Positions 1 to 7,372 of a stretch of 14,488 nucleotides of DNA are shown piece after piece. Source of the stretch: a virus. Numbering within the stretch: position 1 is the stretch's first letter; the number at the start of each line of letters is the position of its first letter. A program made the translations under genes and the position numbers. Below the pieces are notes generated by a model. It did no database searches, was not told where the DNA came from, and was given only the letters and a program-made list of their open reading frames with translations. The stretch lies in the IMG/VR virus record IMGVR_UViG_3300028883_000184; one strand, 5' to 3'.

Positions 1-127
1 GAAGACATCCTTACAGAAGACATCCTTACAGAAGACATCCTTACAGAAGACATCCTTACAGAAGACATCCTTACAGAAGACATCCTTACAGAAGACATCC
101 TTACAGAAGACATCCTTACAGAAGACA
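1..127. repeat. Perfect 15-bp tandem repeat GAAGACATCCTTACA, 8 full copies plus a 7-nt partial copy. Iteron-like array and left copy of the terminal redundancy.
   Basis: Read directly. 1..120 is 8 exact units, and 121..127 (GAAGACA) then diverges into CGCGAGG. 1..121 is identical to 14368..14488. Confidence 0.95.
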
Positions 128-216
128 CGCGAGGGGAATTACCCAACCCCTCTATAGAACGGCCTTTAAACGCCCATATAATGATTATTAAATCTGAGGG
201 ATAATAATTAGAGGTT

Positions 217-238
217 GGGAGGGGGCTGAAACCCTCCC
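217..238 (-). terminator. Possible stem-loop downstream of the last gene of the structural operon
   Basis: GGGAGGG (217..223) and CCCTCCC (232..238) form a 7-bp stem with an 8-nt loop, about 50 nt past the stop at 289. No clean oligo-T tract on the minus strand, so terminator function is uncertain. Confidence 0.3.
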
Positions 239-288
239 TATGTCTATCCTGCATTGCCTCCCCCCGACGGTAGGATCATGGGCGATCA

Positions 289-930
289 TTAGGAATTTGA
301 GTATAGAAGGATACATCTACAGTTCACACACTCCGAGGCGGGACCATCCCCTGGGAACATTATCCCTCCCGAGAAGGGTTCGTTTAGGTGTCTTTTCTCT
401 CCATCTCGTTTTTTGTGAGATTTCCGGGAGGCTCCATCGGATACGCAACACCAAATTTTGTATTTGTAACGGCCTTTTCCGAGCTCGTTTTCGAGCTTAG
501 AACCGTTAAGAGCTATGATTCGCTCCGTTCTTATGATCCGCTTTATTCGAGCTGGAGAGCATATGTACGAGTTCTTCAGTTTGCGAGCTGCCTCTTTTGC
601 CTCTATCGGCCAGTTTTGAAGCACAAATTTCTTTATAAATCGCATGTCGCTGTCGGTCATCTGACCGACTAACCGGTTCATGCCATGAGCTCTAAAGTAT
701 TTCCTGGCCGATTCATGAGGAAGCTCATCGATTAGTAGAGGCCAGAATCGAGCGTTCTTTTTAGCTAGCAGCCTTCGAGCTGGCTTCTCGAAAGTCGCAA
801 GGGTGACGAAGTAGTTAGGGCCTAGTCGTGAAGCTTCGGCTCGAAGATCGAAATAACCGGTCCTTCTCATCAAAGAGATGATAGGAGCCACCACCGAGGC
901 CAGAACCTCCAACCCCTCGTCTTCGATCAT
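289..930 (-). CDS. Head morphogenesis protein, Mu gpF / SPP1 gp7-like
   Basis: 213-aa ORF. The C-terminal half shows the family pattern as I remember it: IIRTERIIALNGSK, W..VSDGASRKSH..RDGE, then PGDGPASECVNCRC. ATGA start/stop overlap with the upstream gene at 927..930. TAA stop. Confidence 0.8.
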   Translation of the reverse strand: MIEDEGLEVLASVVAPIISLMRRTGYFDLRAEASRLGPNYFVTLATFEKPARRLLAKKNARFWPLLIDELPHESARKYFRAHGMNRLVGQMTDSDMRFIKKFVLQNWPIEAKEAARKLKNSYICSPARIKRIIRTERIIALNGSKLENELGKGRYKYKIWCCVSDGASRKSHKKRDGEKRHLNEPFSGGIMFPGDGPASECVNCRCILLYSNS

Positions 931-1286
931 ACTATTCTACCTATCCGAGGCCGAACCATTCTAAGGCCCTCTTGTGAGTCTTTACGGAGCGATTCCAGTT
1001 TAGCCGAAGTATCTCGAACCCTCGTATCTTGAGTTGGAGTGAACCTCCCTTTTTGATAAGATCCTTCGACCCGGTGACGGATCCTATCGGCGTAAGACCT
1101 GTAAGAATAGAAGGCAGCCAGCGAAAGGATAGCGTCATCTTTCAGAGCCTCGGACACATCAGACCGGGCCACAGCGTCGACTTTAGTTTGAGCTCTGGAG
1201 AGGTTTAGCTCGAATACGTCATCGGCTAGATCGCCTTCCTCTTGGATGTTTATGGCCGTCCTAACCTGGGAGATGGTTACCGTCAT
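927..1286 (-). CDS. Putative head-tail connector/adaptor (gp6-like)
   Basis: 119-aa ORF downstream of the capsid gene. GGAGGAT Shine-Dalgarno just upstream of the ATG at 1286. Size, position and an acidic N-terminal segment (ISQVRTAINIQEEGDLADD) fit small head-completion proteins. No diagnostic motif was recognised. Confidence 0.5.
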   Translation of the reverse strand: MTVTISQVRTAINIQEEGDLADDVFELNLSRAQTKVDAVARSDVSEALKDDAILSLAAFYSYRSYADRIRHRVEGSYQKGRFTPTQDTRVRDTSAKLESLRKDSQEGLRMVRPRIGRIV

Positions 1287-1318
1287 CGAGGATCCTCCAT
1301 AAAAATAGACGGTAGAGC

Positions 1319-1681
1319 CTACAGAGAGTAGGCCTCTATGGTTCCCGCGATTGTGGCGCCTGCGATGTCGATATGGAGCGTACCATCAGACTGAACGAAC
1401 CGGGCCGTCTCGATAGGTCCTAAAACCACTTCTGCAGCACCCCCCTCGCACTCATAGGCCAAATCACCTAGAGCCCTTCTGAAAGCTGGTTCTGAGGTTC
1501 CCGCTTTGATGGTGATACTATCCTCTTCTGTGGCTGCACTGATATGGAAAACCAGAACCACCTTCTCAAAGTCAGACCCGGCGGCTATGACGTGATCGCT
1601 TCCTTTGTCGATTGCATCGGCGGTTTTAGCTTCGACGAAGGCTCCTGAGAGTTCATTAACGATAATTTCAGATCGTACCAT
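1319..1681 (-). CDS. Hypothetical capsid-module protein (decoration or head-associated candidate)
   Basis: The ORF track starts at a TTG (1687). The ATG at 1681 lies 7 nt after a GAGGTGG Shine-Dalgarno and is the likelier start. Placed directly after the major capsid gene. Function unknown. Confidence 0.6.
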   Translation of the reverse strand: MVRSEIIVNELSGAFVEAKTADAIDKGSDHVIAAGSDFEKVVLVFHISAATEEDSITIKAGTSEPAFRRALGDLAYECEGGAAEVVLGPIETARFVQSDGTLHIDIAGATIAGTIEAYSL

Positions 1682-1692
1682 TATCAACCACC

Positions 1693-2547
1693 TCAGGACT
1701 TGTTACAGGTTAAGACGCAAAGCGCAGCCGGATCAATGACCTTAGCACCATAGCAATGCAAGCCCCTGAGTGCATCGGCGAAGTATTTCTCAGGCCTATA
1801 AGCCTCGGTCTCGTTCACGCTATCGGCAAAGGTGCACGCTCTAGAAGTCCCGGCGAGGATCTTATAGAGAGTCCCATCAGTGTTAGGTACGTTGTTGGAC
1901 TGCAGAAGGTCAAAGCCGTATAGCCTGCCTAACTGACCGTTTTTCATAACCCCCTCAATTGCAGACCAAGCCGGGTTAGTAACGCTAGAATCTTTCATGA
2001 GCTTGACCGTTAACCACGGTGGAAGGATCAGGAACCTACCTTCAGAAGGCACGTTAGCTTCGTCTAGGGCTTGTTTCACGGCTAAGAACTCATCGGTTAC
2101 GTCGTCAGTTTCTCCGTCAAAGGTCTTCGGGCTGTCATCAGAGCCCACAGCGTTACCGGCTTGGGCGGCCATGATTCCAGCGATATGTTGATCGGCTAGA
2201 TCTGAGAGCTGATAACCCGCGTCTTGGGTGGCGCTCTGCATAAGGGCTACATTCATTTGGGCCTTATCGATGTCCTCGACCCTGAAATTAAAGCTCTTGC
2301 TTTGAGTGATGTTCAGGACGGTTTGGGCGTCGTCTAACTCTTCAGGATCGCCTAAGCCGGTGGACTTGTCATAATTGTCTATGGTTATAGGGCCGTGGCT
2401 GGTAATCCTTACAGTGTCCCCCTTACTCTTGATTTCGCCTTCGTAATCACGGTTGATAACTCCAGTTTGACCGTAAACTAGGGCTTTCTGGAGGCTCTGG
2501 AATATTTGAGCGCTCCAAATCTCGCCTATAAAATTTGTTATTGCCAT
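1693..2547 (-). CDS. Major capsid protein (HK97-fold, P22-coat-like family)
   Basis: 284-aa ORF directly after a scaffold gene. The N-terminus FIGEIWSAQIFQSLQKALVYGQTGVINRDYEGEIKSKGDTVRI matches the N-terminal signature I associate with P22-coat-type capsid proteins. GGGGT ribosome-binding site upstream. Confidence 0.85.
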   Translation of the reverse strand: MAITNFIGEIWSAQIFQSLQKALVYGQTGVINRDYEGEIKSKGDTVRITSHGPITIDNYDKSTGLGDPEELDDAQTVLNITQSKSFNFRVEDIDKAQMNVALMQSATQDAGYQLSDLADQHIAGIMAAQAGNAVGSDDSPKTFDGETDDVTDEFLAVKQALDEANVPSEGRFLILPPWLTVKLMKDSSVTNPAWSAIEGVMKNGQLGRLYGFDLLQSNNVPNTDGTLYKILAGTSRACTFADSVNETEAYRPEKYFADALRGLHCYGAKVIDPAALCVLTCNKS

Positions 2548-2562
2548 TTTCTAACCCCCGGC

Positions 2563-3039
2563 TCATATTTTACTGAGTGAGCCATCTTTCAACTGTTGCG
2601 AGATCTGATCCCAGTTTTCAGTTATCTCGGAGGAGGACATGGATTTGATATCGGCCCTTGTGAACGGTTTCGTCGTATCCTGAGGCGGGTTAGTTCTCGA
2701 ACCCACAGAAGGACCCGGCCCTAAGCTTTCGGATAGCGTTTTGGCGTCCGTCTCCAGCTCCTCTTTAGATTCCCCCTGGAGACGTTCGGCCATGGCTTCT
2801 GGAAGGTTGTGAGCCTTCGCCACCTCGATTTTAAGGGCTTTCCTCAGACTATCCTTATTCTCATCAAGCTTCGTTTTGAGCTTTTCATTTTCTGCTTTTG
2901 CAGCGTCTAGATCGGCCTTAATTTGGTCATAATCGGCGTATTTCGCCTTCTCTTTGGCCAACCTTTCCCCAACAATCCGATCTACATCGGCTTGGGTGAA
3001 TTTCTTTTCATCGTCCTGGGTAATTTTAAATCCCCCCAT
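2563..3039 (-). CDS. Scaffolding protein (DUF4355-type)
   Basis: 158 aa, highly charged, with predicted coiled coil (KADLDAAKAENEKLKTKLDENKD). FTQADVDRIVGERLAKEKAKY resembles the conserved opening of DUF4355 scaffolds. Lies immediately upstream of the capsid gene. Confidence 0.75.
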   Translation of the reverse strand: MGGFKITQDDEKKFTQADVDRIVGERLAKEKAKYADYDQIKADLDAAKAENEKLKTKLDENKDSLRKALKIEVAKAHNLPEAMAERLQGESKEELETDAKTLSESLGPGPSVGSRTNPPQDTTKPFTRADIKSMSSSEITENWDQISQQLKDGSLSKI

Positions 3040-3107
3040 TTCCCAAAAAACACGATCTTTACGGCGTCGTTTATCCTAATTGTATAATTAATTCGTCTCT
3101 ATTATAA

Positions 3108-3129
3108 ATAGTTTATCACAAAAAGGACA
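3108..3129 (-). promoter_or_regulatory. 22-bp element ATAGTTTATCACAAAAAGGACA (copy 1), abutting a TATA-like box upstream of the scaffold/capsid genes
   Basis: Exact copy of 7310..7331. On the minus strand it reads TGTCCTTTTTGTGATAAACTAT, followed at once by TTATAAT. Lies 69-90 nt upstream of the scaffold ATG (3039). Confidence 0.6.
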
Positions 3130-3157
3130 AATATTTGTATTAGCATCGCATTGTATA

Positions 3158-3199
3158 AGTAATAGTAATCATAGTAATCATAGTAATCATAGTAGTATA
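3158..3199. repeat. 9-bp tandem repeat AGTAATCAT: 3 exact copies (3164..3190) with degenerate flanking copies
   Basis: Read directly: AGTAAT AGTAATCAT AGTAATCAT AGTAATCAT AGTAGTATA. Sits in the divergent intergenic region between the scaffold gene and the toxin cassette. Confidence 0.85.
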
Positions 3200-3229
3200 G
3201 ATGCAGAAAAGTGAGAGGTGTGTAGATAA

Positions 3230-3382
3230 ATGGCAAAACCACTGCGATTGGGCTATAAAATGACCTTAGAAGAGTCAAAAGCTTTCGCGGAAATTGACCG
3301 TGGGTATGTGGTTACTCAGCGGCAGAAAGATCTAGTCAGGAATGCCAAAAAATCCTGCAGCACGCACCCAATTAAATTTTAA
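3230..3382 (+). CDS. Unlisted 50-aa ORF, candidate antitoxin/partner of the GNAT toxin
   Basis: Translated by hand: MAKPLRLGYKMTLEESKAFAEIDRGYVVTQRQKDLVRNAKKSCSTHPIKF. GAGGTG lies 10 nt upstream of the ATG at 3230. Its TAA stop shares one base with the GNAT ATG (TAATG at 3380..3384). It is below the 60-aa cutoff of the supplied track. Confidence 0.6.
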   Translation: MAKPLRLGYKMTLEESKAFAEIDRGYVVTQRQKDLVRNAKKSCSTHPIKF

Positions 3383-3942
3383 TGGCATTCCCTATCAAAG
3401 ATTTAAAGATAGAAGCCCTTAGTGAGTCGCATGCTTCTGCGCTCAATAGTTTTACTTGTGGCACCTCCGCAGATTTAGATGATTTTATACAAAATGATGC
3501 TATATATGAGCAAGGACGACGATTAAATAGAACGTTCTTATTCTTTTATAAAAAAACACTTATTGGTTATGTCTCTTTAACCTCCGACCTTACAAACAAG
3601 GTGCGTTTCTATAAAGCCGATCTTGTGCAGAAAAAGGACAGTGATAGTCCTGTTTACACATCCTTCCCATGTGTTTTAATTGGAAGATTAGCAGTTAAAG
3701 ATGGTTATCATCGCAAGGGAATCGGAGAGTTCATAGTAACAAGAGCAATAGGAATTGTGTTGGAGAATGTTTCAAAATTTATCGGCGTTAGGTTTGTCAC
3801 AGTCGATCCAATAAACGAAGACGCGCGAAAATTCTATAAAAATAAATGCGGTTTTGTTGATATGATTGGTGTCAAAGTTGACGAGGAACCTGGTAGGATG
3901 TATATTAACCTGGAGAAAATCTGTGGAAATATGGGGCAGTAG
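3382..3942 (+). CDS. GNAT-family N-acetyltransferase, TacT/AtaT-like type II toxin candidate
   Basis: 186 aa. FTCGTSADLDDFIQNDA resembles the N-terminal F.CG...L..FL motif of TacT-like toxins. LIGRLAVKDGYHRKGIGEFIV is the acetyl-CoA motif A (R/Q-x-x-G-x-G). ARKFYKNKCGF is motif B with the conserved Tyr. Confidence 0.85.
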   Translation: MAFPIKDLKIEALSESHASALNSFTCGTSADLDDFIQNDAIYEQGRRLNRTFLFFYKKTLIGYVSLTSDLTNKVRFYKADLVQKKDSDSPVYTSFPCVLIGRLAVKDGYHRKGIGEFIVTRAIGIVLENVSKFIGVRFVTVDPINEDARKFYKNKCGFVDMIGVKVDEEPGRMYINLEKICGNMGQ

Positions 3943-3957
3943 ACGATTCGTCTTTTG
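3941..3957 (+). terminator. Hairpin plus T-run just after the GNAT stop codon
   Basis: AGACG-ATT-CGTCT (3941..3953) followed by TTTTG. It overlaps the TAG stop (3940..3942). The stem is only 5 bp. Confidence 0.4.
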
Positions 3958-4013
3958 TCTTAAAGGCCACGTGTACATTATATAACATCGCCCGGATTAA
4001 ATATCACTTAAAG

Positions 4014-5417
4014 TTAAATTACCGACAAAGCCTCATCGTTTCGCTCTTCTTTGATCGCTTCAAGTTCGGTGTCTAGGTCTGTCTCTGTGGCGTCCTCATC
4101 TAACCGGGCCAAAGCACCCCTAGTCGAAGTGAGGTTTGCCGTTTTACGTGTGGCTTCCACTTGTGCATTTTCGAGCGGATCCTTAGGCAATGCAGACCGC
4201 CACTCGAGGGCCACGTTGGTTAGTTTAGAAGAGCCCGACAGCCTCGAGGATACCTCCAGCTCAGCACATAGCCTAAGAGCCTCCAGGATCGGTTTTTTGA
4301 TCCTCAACCTAAGCCGGTTCACCTTAGCTAAGGTCGGGATAGCTAACCGTTTGAGAGCTGAACCGCTCTCTGCCAACCCGTTCTTAGTGTCTCCGAGAAG
4401 GGCCGGGCTGATTTCTCCAACGGCCATAAGCTCGGATTTGATCTCTTCGATTTGAGAGAAGTTGGCCGCTAGGGAGGCATCCCATGTGAGATATTGAGGA
4501 AATTTTTGATCCTCGTCAACCCCGAAGTACCGCCCGCCTCCTATGGTAAGAACGGGTTCGCCTGTGTATGGATCGGTCTCGATGACGTCGGACGGTCCCG
4601 CTATGTTAGGCGCACTGAACTTATCGAGCGTCTTAGAGGTCCTTATAAGCCTCTTTTCGAGCTCTTCGACCAGCCCCTCGAGATCTCCATAATCATCGAG
4701 CCCGTACACGCCGTTAGACTGAAGCGAGCCATGGAGCGGTATTATCAGGAAATCTTTAACCCCCGTCTCCAGTTCAGGCTTAAGATCTTTGAACCTCTCT
4801 AGGGTAGAAAGATAGATCTCTTTGCTGATGGTTCCCCCTCCTGAGAGCTCATAGAGTCGGTTCTCGATGGTCCCTTTTTTGTGGATCTCCAGCCTCAAAA
4901 AGTCGGTTTTCACGTGATCTACGAATTCAGTCCATGAATAAGCTAAAACGTGAGCTAATACCTGAGAGCCGTCGTCTGGAGAGACCACCGGGAACCAAAA
5001 TTTAGGGTTCACTCGTTCGATAATCCCTCTTTGGTCGAACCTCACTTTGAGGACGGCATTCCCAAATTTGAGAACGTCTCCTATGGAGTCGTATATGAGT
5101 TGGTGGTAGTCGTTAGCCTCGATGATCCTATCAACGGTTTGTTGCTCATCGGCGGTGATCTTCGGAGGCTGACCGACTGCAAGATCGCTTATTAGCGTTG
5201 TCGATCGCTTGAACCAGTTAACCGCTATATGAACGATGTTAGGGGCATCCACAGGATTGAGTTTAGGGTCCTCTACAAGATTGAGGCCCGGAAAAGTACG
5301 GTCGTGGTCTCCCTCAAATAAGAGGATGGTTCGATCGTAACGTCTCAGTCGGTTTGTTTCGTCCCTCGGTGGCCATGGTTTACCCTGGCCTAAAAAGTCA
5401 AAATTAGTAAGAACCAT
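4014..5417 (-). CDS. Portal protein
   Basis: 467-aa ORF directly after TerL, with AGGAGGGTG Shine-Dalgarno. The N-terminus GKPWPPRDETNRLRRYDRTILLFEGDH resembles the conserved start of SPP1 gp6-type portals. Acidic C-terminal tail. Confidence 0.8.
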   Translation of the reverse strand: MVLTNFDFLGQGKPWPPRDETNRLRRYDRTILLFEGDHDRTFPGLNLVEDPKLNPVDAPNIVHIAVNWFKRSTTLISDLAVGQPPKITADEQQTVDRIIEANDYHQLIYDSIGDVLKFGNAVLKVRFDQRGIIERVNPKFWFPVVSPDDGSQVLAHVLAYSWTEFVDHVKTDFLRLEIHKKGTIENRLYELSGGGTISKEIYLSTLERFKDLKPELETGVKDFLIIPLHGSLQSNGVYGLDDYGDLEGLVEELEKRLIRTSKTLDKFSAPNIAGPSDVIETDPYTGEPVLTIGGGRYFGVDEDQKFPQYLTWDASLAANFSQIEEIKSELMAVGEISPALLGDTKNGLAESGSALKRLAIPTLAKVNRLRLRIKKPILEALRLCAELEVSSRLSGSSKLTNVALEWRSALPKDPLENAQVEATRKTANLTSTRGALARLDEDATETDLDTELEAIKEERNDEALSVI

Positions 5418-5419
5418 AT

Positions 5420-6634
5420 TTACACCCTCCTTCGTTGTTGTGGGTTTTGAGGGGAGGAGCCGGAATTTTTGAAGATGCGATTAGCTATGTATCGTAACGT
5501 GTCGACCAAATCGTCGTTATCTTTGATCGGCTTGTCTTCGCCTCTCTCGGTGGCTTTTGGATCCCATCGGTAACCCTCCATCTCCTCGATGAGCATAGGA
5601 CAGGCAGGCCCAACAATGTAGAGGAGCCCTGTCTCAAAAGCGGTAGATGCGCGAGATATCCCATCTACGACGGCGTTATCGGCCTTCTTAACTCTTTGAA
5701 ATCCGTCTTTTTGGAGCTGGAGCCGGAACGATTTGGCCGATGGGTCAACGTCTATAGAGGACGGGAATTTGCCGTCTAGAAATGTTCTAAGATCTTTGGA
5801 CAGCTCGGAGTTTGTGAGGTCGGATTTGCGGTATTCTCCAGCGATGTACCACGCCCGTCCGATCCGATACGCTTTGAGGAAGCCTGTAGGGTGAGTGGCT
5901 CCCCAATCAACAGCTACCCGGATAGCTTCGACCCTACCATCTGGAAGCCTCGGTACGACGTGAACGGCCCGGTCGAAGTTACGATAAACGGCGCCTTCGG
6001 CGGCTACCCATTCGCCTAAGATGTACCGTTGATAGAATAGGCCCGTATACTGCCTTTTGAGTTCGGCCACGTAAACGGGATCTAGCCAAGGATTATCGGT
6101 TAGCTTGAAATGCCAGCTCTTTAGATCGAGCTCTTCTTCTCGATCCAACCAGCTTTTTTTGAGGTAATGTGAAGGGTTCCCGGGGTTGCTCGTTGCGAAC
6201 AATTGAGCGTCTTTCTCCGAGAGCCTCGAGATGAGCATGTCCCAAAAGCTCATAGGTACTAAGGATGCCTCGTCGACGTAAGCACCGCCTAAGGTTAGGC
6301 CTGCGATCTTCGAGTAGGCCGCTTCATCGTTAGCCCCTTCGACCATGATCTTACGGCCGTAAATTGAGACGGTCTTCAAGGATCGTTTGTAAACGTAGTT
6401 CTGAGAACCTACCAGCTTAGAGATAGGCAAAAGAACGTTCCTCTCGAGGCTGGTTTGGGTTTTGCCCACCATCAAAAGGTTGTATTCGCTCGGGGTTTTC
6501 AAAAGGTACTTCAACCATCGGACGTTTGCGCCTACTGTTTTAGCAGACCTTACCGCACCATGGCTTATGTTGACCCTCGCATCGGAGTTAAGGCAAAAGT
6601 CCCGCTGTTTGCCTACCGGAATTTGGAAGGTCAC
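5420..6634 (-). CDS. terL: Terminase large subunit (PBSX/XtmB, Terminase_3-like)
   Basis: 404 aa. Walker A HGAVRSAKT, Walker B GGAYVDEAS, coupling motif ATSNPG. Nuclease acidic residues in VAVDWG and DNDDLVDTLRY. GTG start preceded by GGAGGG, overlapping the TerS stop (GTGA). Confidence 0.92.
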   Translation of the reverse strand: MTFQIPVGKQRDFCLNSDARVNISHGAVRSAKTVGANVRWLKYLLKTPSEYNLLMVGKTQTSLERNVLLPISKLVGSQNYVYKRSLKTVSIYGRKIMVEGANDEAAYSKIAGLTLGGAYVDEASLVPMSFWDMLISRLSEKDAQLFATSNPGNPSHYLKKSWLDREEELDLKSWHFKLTDNPWLDPVYVAELKRQYTGLFYQRYILGEWVAAEGAVYRNFDRAVHVVPRLPDGRVEAIRVAVDWGATHPTGFLKAYRIGRAWYIAGEYRKSDLTNSELSKDLRTFLDGKFPSSIDVDPSAKSFRLQLQKDGFQRVKKADNAVVDGISRASTAFETGLLYIVGPACPMLIEEMEGYRWDPKATERGEDKPIKDNDDLVDTLRYIANRIFKNSGSSPQNPQQRRRV

Positions 6635-7041
6635 GTTCTACCCTCCATAGAATCGAAAAGCTTTGAGATTTCGCCGCCCTTGTCTCCGCCTAGATCTTCG
6701 TCTTCGAGGCGTCTCTTATCTATTCCTATAGCCACGCCTAAAAACCAGTCTTTCAAGTCTCGAGGGGTGTCGATTTCTGGCAACAGATGACGGGCTTTAT
6801 CCAAACCCTCTCCTACCAGCTTGATACGGGCTTCGCTTGCATAACAGGATTTGGCGATAGCTGCATTTTTCGTAACCGACCGGTCGCCTAAATCAAGTCC
6901 GTTTCGTCTCGCAACGTCTATAATCGTTGATTTAGCTCGGTTGAACTTCTTTGCAGCTTGGCGGGTGCTCATTCCAGCTTCGAGAGCTTCACATATGGCC
7001 GCTTCTTCTTCCTCGGAGACAGGCCCGCCTTTCGATGCCAT
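6631..7041 (-). CDS. terS: Terminase small subunit candidate (N-terminal HTH)
   Basis: 136 aa, immediately upstream of TerL and translationally coupled to it. HTH-like segment MSTRQAAKKFNRAKSTIIDVARRNG. Assignment rests on position and architecture. Confidence 0.7.
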   Translation of the reverse strand: MASKGGPVSEEEEAAICEALEAGMSTRQAAKKFNRAKSTIIDVARRNGLDLGDRSVTKNAAIAKSCYASEARIKLVGEGLDKARHLLPEIDTPRDLKDWFLGVAIGIDKRRLEDEDLGGDKGGEISKLFDSMEGRT

Positions 7042-7047
7042 GGTTCT

Positions 7048-7278
7048 TTAATGCCGGAAAAGAGCCGGGTTCTCAGTTTCGGGAAGGCGATACAAAAGCG
7101 CGTTCGGACGGCCTCCAGGTCGGGAAGCTAAAAGATATCGGGAATGAGCCTTATAGACCGCTCCTTTGATCGAAAGGGCTGAGGAGTGTTCCCCTTCGGC
7201 CTTAAGCCGTTCTACGATCTCCATCGAGGAGACTTCTTCATCGGGTTGAACTACTGAGACGACACGTTCGACTAGCAT
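7048..7278 (-). CDS. Small wHTH-like protein, first gene of the packaging operon
   Basis: The track starts at a TTG (7296). The ATG at 7278 lies about 27 nt downstream of a TATATATA box (7304..7311), so a leaderless start at 7278 looks likelier. MEIVERLKAEG ... GGRPNALLYRL looks like helix plus wing. Confidence 0.55.
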   Translation of the reverse strand: MLVERVVSVVQPDEEVSSMEIVERLKAEGEHSSALSIKGAVYKAHSRYLLASRPGGRPNALLYRLPETENPALFRH

Positions 7279-7309
7279 ACAAAGTTTAGATTTCAATTAA
7301 GACATATAT

Positions 7310-7331
7310 ATAGTTTATCACAAAAAGGACA
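7310..7331 (-). promoter_or_regulatory. 22-bp element ATAGTTTATCACAAAAAGGACA (copy 2), abutting the TATA box of the packaging operon
   Basis: Exact copy of 3108..3129, in the same orientation relative to the downstream genes. On the minus strand it is followed directly by ATATATG. Confidence 0.6.
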
Positions 7332-7372
7332 GTTTATCTCATCAATTATCCTAAAAGGATATGAGGGGTTCT

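Noticed and set aside
1-127. Could the terminal repeat arrays (also 14362..14488) be a CRISPR array?
   Set aside because: The 15-bp units are directly abutting with no spacers and are far shorter than CRISPR repeats. No cas genes are present.
240-672. Plus-strand ORFs 240..500 and 388..672 opposite the MuF-like gene. Similar antisense ORFs occur at 941..1138, 1997..2191, 3772..3978, 4051..4455, 4494..4802, 6455..6790, 6462..6650, 6851..7051, 6951..7169, 7753..7962, 7827..8009, 7969..8166, 9128..9325, 10622..10870, 11798..11998 and 12495..12737.
   Set aside because: All lie inside, and antisense to or out of frame with, longer ORFs that have recognisable domains and ribosome-binding sites. 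Their products are low-complexity or Ser/Arg/Leu-rich, as is typical of shadow frames.
7279-7296. Track start codons at TTG 7296, TTG 1687, TTG 9322 and GTG 10159
   Set aside because: Each has an in-frame ATG a few codons downstream with better ribosome-binding-site or TATA spacing. The longer versions are not excluded, but I consider them less likely.
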